Assembly: GCA_963740315.1 (NCBI GenBank)
Contig: CAVUDP010000001.1
Span: 960,001-1,024,000 of the forward strand
Reading direction: 5' to 3'
DNA: 64,000 bases
From: an uncultured cyanobacterium
GTDB taxonomy: Bacteria; Cyanobacteriota; Cyanobacteriia; Cyanobacteriales; Nostocaceae
The position numbers and the translations under genes are program-made. Position 1 is the first letter of the stretch; the number at the start of each line of letters is the position of its first letter. The notes beneath the pieces are model-generated. The model saw nothing but the letters and a program-made list of their open reading frames with translations, was not told where the DNA came from and searched no databases. Positions 61,658-64,000 of the stretch are shown piece by piece.

Positions 61658-61710
61658 AAAGCAGTTCTTGTGAGAATATTTACGTGTTATTCTCGTCGGA
61701 ACTGCTTTTT
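61658..61710 (+). terminator. Long stem-loop with T tail
   Basis: AAAGCAGTTC..GAGAATA/TATTCTC..GAACTGCTTTTT. Confidence 0.65.
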
Positions 61711-61831
61711 ACGATTTAAAGTTATGAAAATCACTCTTTTGGCGCAACGGCTAATAACGTGGCATCCGTTAATATGATTGCAGCACTAAGCACGTACTTA
61801 CAATATATTTAAGGGTTAAGGTTGGAAAGAG

Positions 61832-63076
61832 ATGAAAATGACATCCTTACTTTCACAAAATATTAATATCGTTATTCGACCAGTTCAATATCGGGACTTA
61901 GATGATATAGAACGTCTATCCCAAGAGTCGTTTGCAGCCCAAGACACGTATGTAGAACATTTTGCTACACAGCAAGTGCAAAAACTGCGTCGTAATTTTG
62001 GAGTACTCAAATTTTTAAGTTGGTTTCCGAACCCCTTACAGCATCGTCTTTGCGCTTATGTAGCAGAACAAGGACGTACCATGCTGGGGATTATTCAGGT
62101 ATCGCCGTTTAACAAGACACTCAGCACCTGGCGCGTAGACAGAGTGATGCTGGAGAAATCGGTAAACAAGCAAGCAATTGGTTCTCAACTTTTGCGCTAC
62201 TGCTTTGAGTCGATTTTAGAAGCTCGCACCTGGATTTTGGAAGCAAACGTTAATGATAAAGAAGCCCTAGCCCTTTATCGCCAAAATGGATTTCAGCGTT
62301 TGGCGGAAATGACATATTGGGAAATCGAACCGGAATTATTAGCTTCATTGGCGCAAGCTGAGCCAGATTTACCTAATTTGCTACCTGTAAGCAATGCGGA
62401 TGCTCAGTTATTATATCAACTTGATACCGCATCAATGCCGCCTTTAGTACGCCAAGTATTCGATCGCCAAACCCATGACTTTAAAACCGGCTTATTCGGT
62501 GCTTTAGCCGACGCAATTAAGCAGTGGTTAACAAAATCAGAAGTAGTTAGCGGTTACGTATTTGAACCCCAAAGAAAAGCAGCCATTGGTTATTTTCAAT
62601 TGAGAATCGATCGCAAAGGAGAAACATCCCATCTTGCGACTTTGACCGTTCATCCTGCATATACTTGGCTGTATCCAGAGCTACTGTCTCAGATGGCTCG
62701 CATTACTCAAGATTTTCCATCCTCTTCGTTGAAAGTCGCTTCGGCAGACTATCAGCCAGAAGGAGAAGAATATTTAGAGCAAATAGGAGCAAGTCGTATA
62801 GAACATACATTAATCATGTCTCGTTCCGTATGGCACAAAGTACGGGAATCGAAATTCGTTTCTTTAGAAGGAATTCAGCTACCAGAGATGCTGCAAGGAT
62901 TGCAACCAGCCCGCAAACCCATACCGGGGGGAATGCTGTGGACGCAAGAAAAAAGACAGCAAATGTTAGAAAGAGCAAAATTAAAAAAATCGAATAAAGA
63001 TAATATTGCTCTACCTTACAAAAAAACTAACTTAGAAGGTACCCCAGCGCCTTCAACCGATACTCAACAGGAGTAA
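61832..63076 (+). CDS. GNAT family N-acetyltransferase (tandem GNAT fold)
   Basis: IRPVQYRDL, QAIGSQLL, ALALYRQNGF. Confidence 0.88.
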   Translation: MKMTSLLSQNINIVIRPVQYRDLDDIERLSQESFAAQDTYVEHFATQQVQKLRRNFGVLKFLSWFPNPLQHRLCAYVAEQGRTMLGIIQVSPFNKTLSTWRVDRVMLEKSVNKQAIGSQLLRYCFESILEARTWILEANVNDKEALALYRQNGFQRLAEMTYWEIEPELLASLAQAEPDLPNLLPVSNADAQLLYQLDTASMPPLVRQVFDRQTHDFKTGLFGALADAIKQWLTKSEVVSGYVFEPQRKAAIGYFQLRIDRKGETSHLATLTVHPAYTWLYPELLSQMARITQDFPSSSLKVASADYQPEGEEYLEQIGASRIEHTLIMSRSVWHKVRESKFVSLEGIQLPEMLQGLQPARKPIPGGMLWTQEKRQQMLERAKLKKSNKDNIALPYKKTNLEGTPAPSTDTQQE

Positions 63077-63080
63077 TAAC

Positions 63081-63620
63081 GTGCAACAGGGAAGAGAAGA
63101 TGAAACCAATACCCAATTAAATACCCAAAATTTATCCTCTCAAACCCAAACACAAAATAATACAAAGCAAAGGTATATATCCGCTTTAGGATTAGATGTA
63201 GGTAGCAAACGAATTGGGATAGCTGGATGCGATCGCACTGGTTTAATTGCAACTGGAATTACCACGTTACATCGCACATCTTTTGACCGAGATGTCAAGC
63301 TGTTAGAGCAAATAATTCAAGAAAGAGACGTAGAAATTTTGGTAGTTGGGCTACCTTATTCTATGGATGGTTCGTTAGGATTTCAAGCGCGTCACGTGCA
63401 AAAATTTACCAAAAGAATCACGGCAATTTTGAAATTACCAGTAGAATACGTAGACGAGCGCTTAACTTCTTATCAAGCCGAACAAATGATGATTGCCCAA
63501 AAACTTTCTCCTTCGCGCAACAAAGGATTAATTGATAGAAAAGCAGCAGCATTAATACTGCAACAGTGGTTAGACATTAGACGGCAACAGCAAAAAATAC
63601 TGGACGAAAAAAACGCTTAA
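63081..63620 (+). CDS. yqgF: YqgF/RuvX pre-16S rRNA maturation nuclease
   Basis: LGLDVGSKRIGIA, VVGLP, VDERLTS, IDRKAAALILQ. Confidence 0.95.
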   Translation: MQQGREDETNTQLNTQNLSSQTQTQNNTKQRYISALGLDVGSKRIGIAGCDRTGLIATGITTLHRTSFDRDVKLLEQIIQERDVEILVVGLPYSMDGSLGFQARHVQKFTKRITAILKLPVEYVDERLTSYQAEQMMIAQKLSPSRNKGLIDRKAAALILQQWLDIRRQQQKILDEKNA

Positions 63621-63763
63621 TTTTAATAGCTTTTGACGTGATATTCTGAGAACAAGAGTCAGCATTTTTCTATCGTCAGTATTTTATGGTGAAGAATTTG
63701 TTGCTGAACGATAGAGCAATCTATTTTTCAAGCTGGTATTAATTTTCGTGCTTTTACTCGGCT

Positions 63764-64000
63764 ATGTATCCATCTCAATTTCCTGAAGAAAACGAGCGTC
63801 CCAATCAAAGTTCCATCACCTTAACAGATGAAACTGGAAGGTCACTTGAATGTTATGTCGAGCATTCGCTTGAAGTAGATGAGCAAGAGTACTTTTTATT
63901 GCTTCCTGTTGACTCACCTGTAGAAATTTTTGCTTGGCAAACCGACGGTGAGGGAGAAGAAGCCGTTCTAGTAGAAGATGATGTCACAATAGAAAAGATT
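63764..64000 (+). CDS. DUF3727/DUF1292-type protein, 3' truncated by window
   Basis: MYPSQFPEE...ITLTDETGRSLECYVEH...LLLPVDSPVEIFAW; usual neighbour of yqgF in cyanobacteria. Confidence 0.8.
   Translation, partial: MYPSQFPEENERPNQSSITLTDETGRSLECYVEHSLEVDEQEYFLLLPVDSPVEIFAWQTDGEGEEAVLVEDDVTIEKI

Overview
64 kb of AT-rich chromosome from a filamentous, very probably heterocyst-forming cyanobacterium (Nostocales). The assignment rests on frequent HIP1 GCGATCGC, heptamer/octamer tandem repeats, ldpA, lrtA and a patS gene. After the 3' end of aspS come a ~1.4 kb non-coding leader and a ~16 kb Wzx/Wzy-type exopolysaccharide cluster. The cluster encodes a small Cys/His protein, a GumC-like co-polymerase, Wzy, Wzx, GT14, four GT2, a STAS protein, GH74- and GH68/32-like glycosidases, a WecB/TagA gene broken by one in-frame TGA, and an acyltransferase. 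The rest is mostly housekeeping or conserved genes: lipB, lrtA/hpf, a deoxyhypusine-synthase-like gene, obgE, a GCS2 ligase, phzF, bioA, a DUF433/PIN toxin-antitoxin pair, ycf45, ldpA, REC-kinase and REC-GGDEF-EAL genes, lepB, pyrC, tsaE/hetY, yvcK, ruvC, a cysteine desulfurase, a metalloprotease, a pentapeptide-repeat protein, a GNAT and yqgF. Many MITE/REP-like and tandem repeats lie between them. Items missed by the ORF track: patS (MYRCFSDERGSGR, 50405-50446), a two-TM small gene readable only via a -1 shift at A_AAA_AAG followed by a hairpin (28922-29154), a 56-aa gene (35451-35621), several gene fossils and nested tiny repeat elements. The best candidate for an undescribed system is the structured leader plus Cys/His protein at the head of the EPS cluster; this is a hypothesis only. 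All family calls come from motif recognition; no searches were run. No rRNA, tRNA, CRISPR array or intact transposase was seen.
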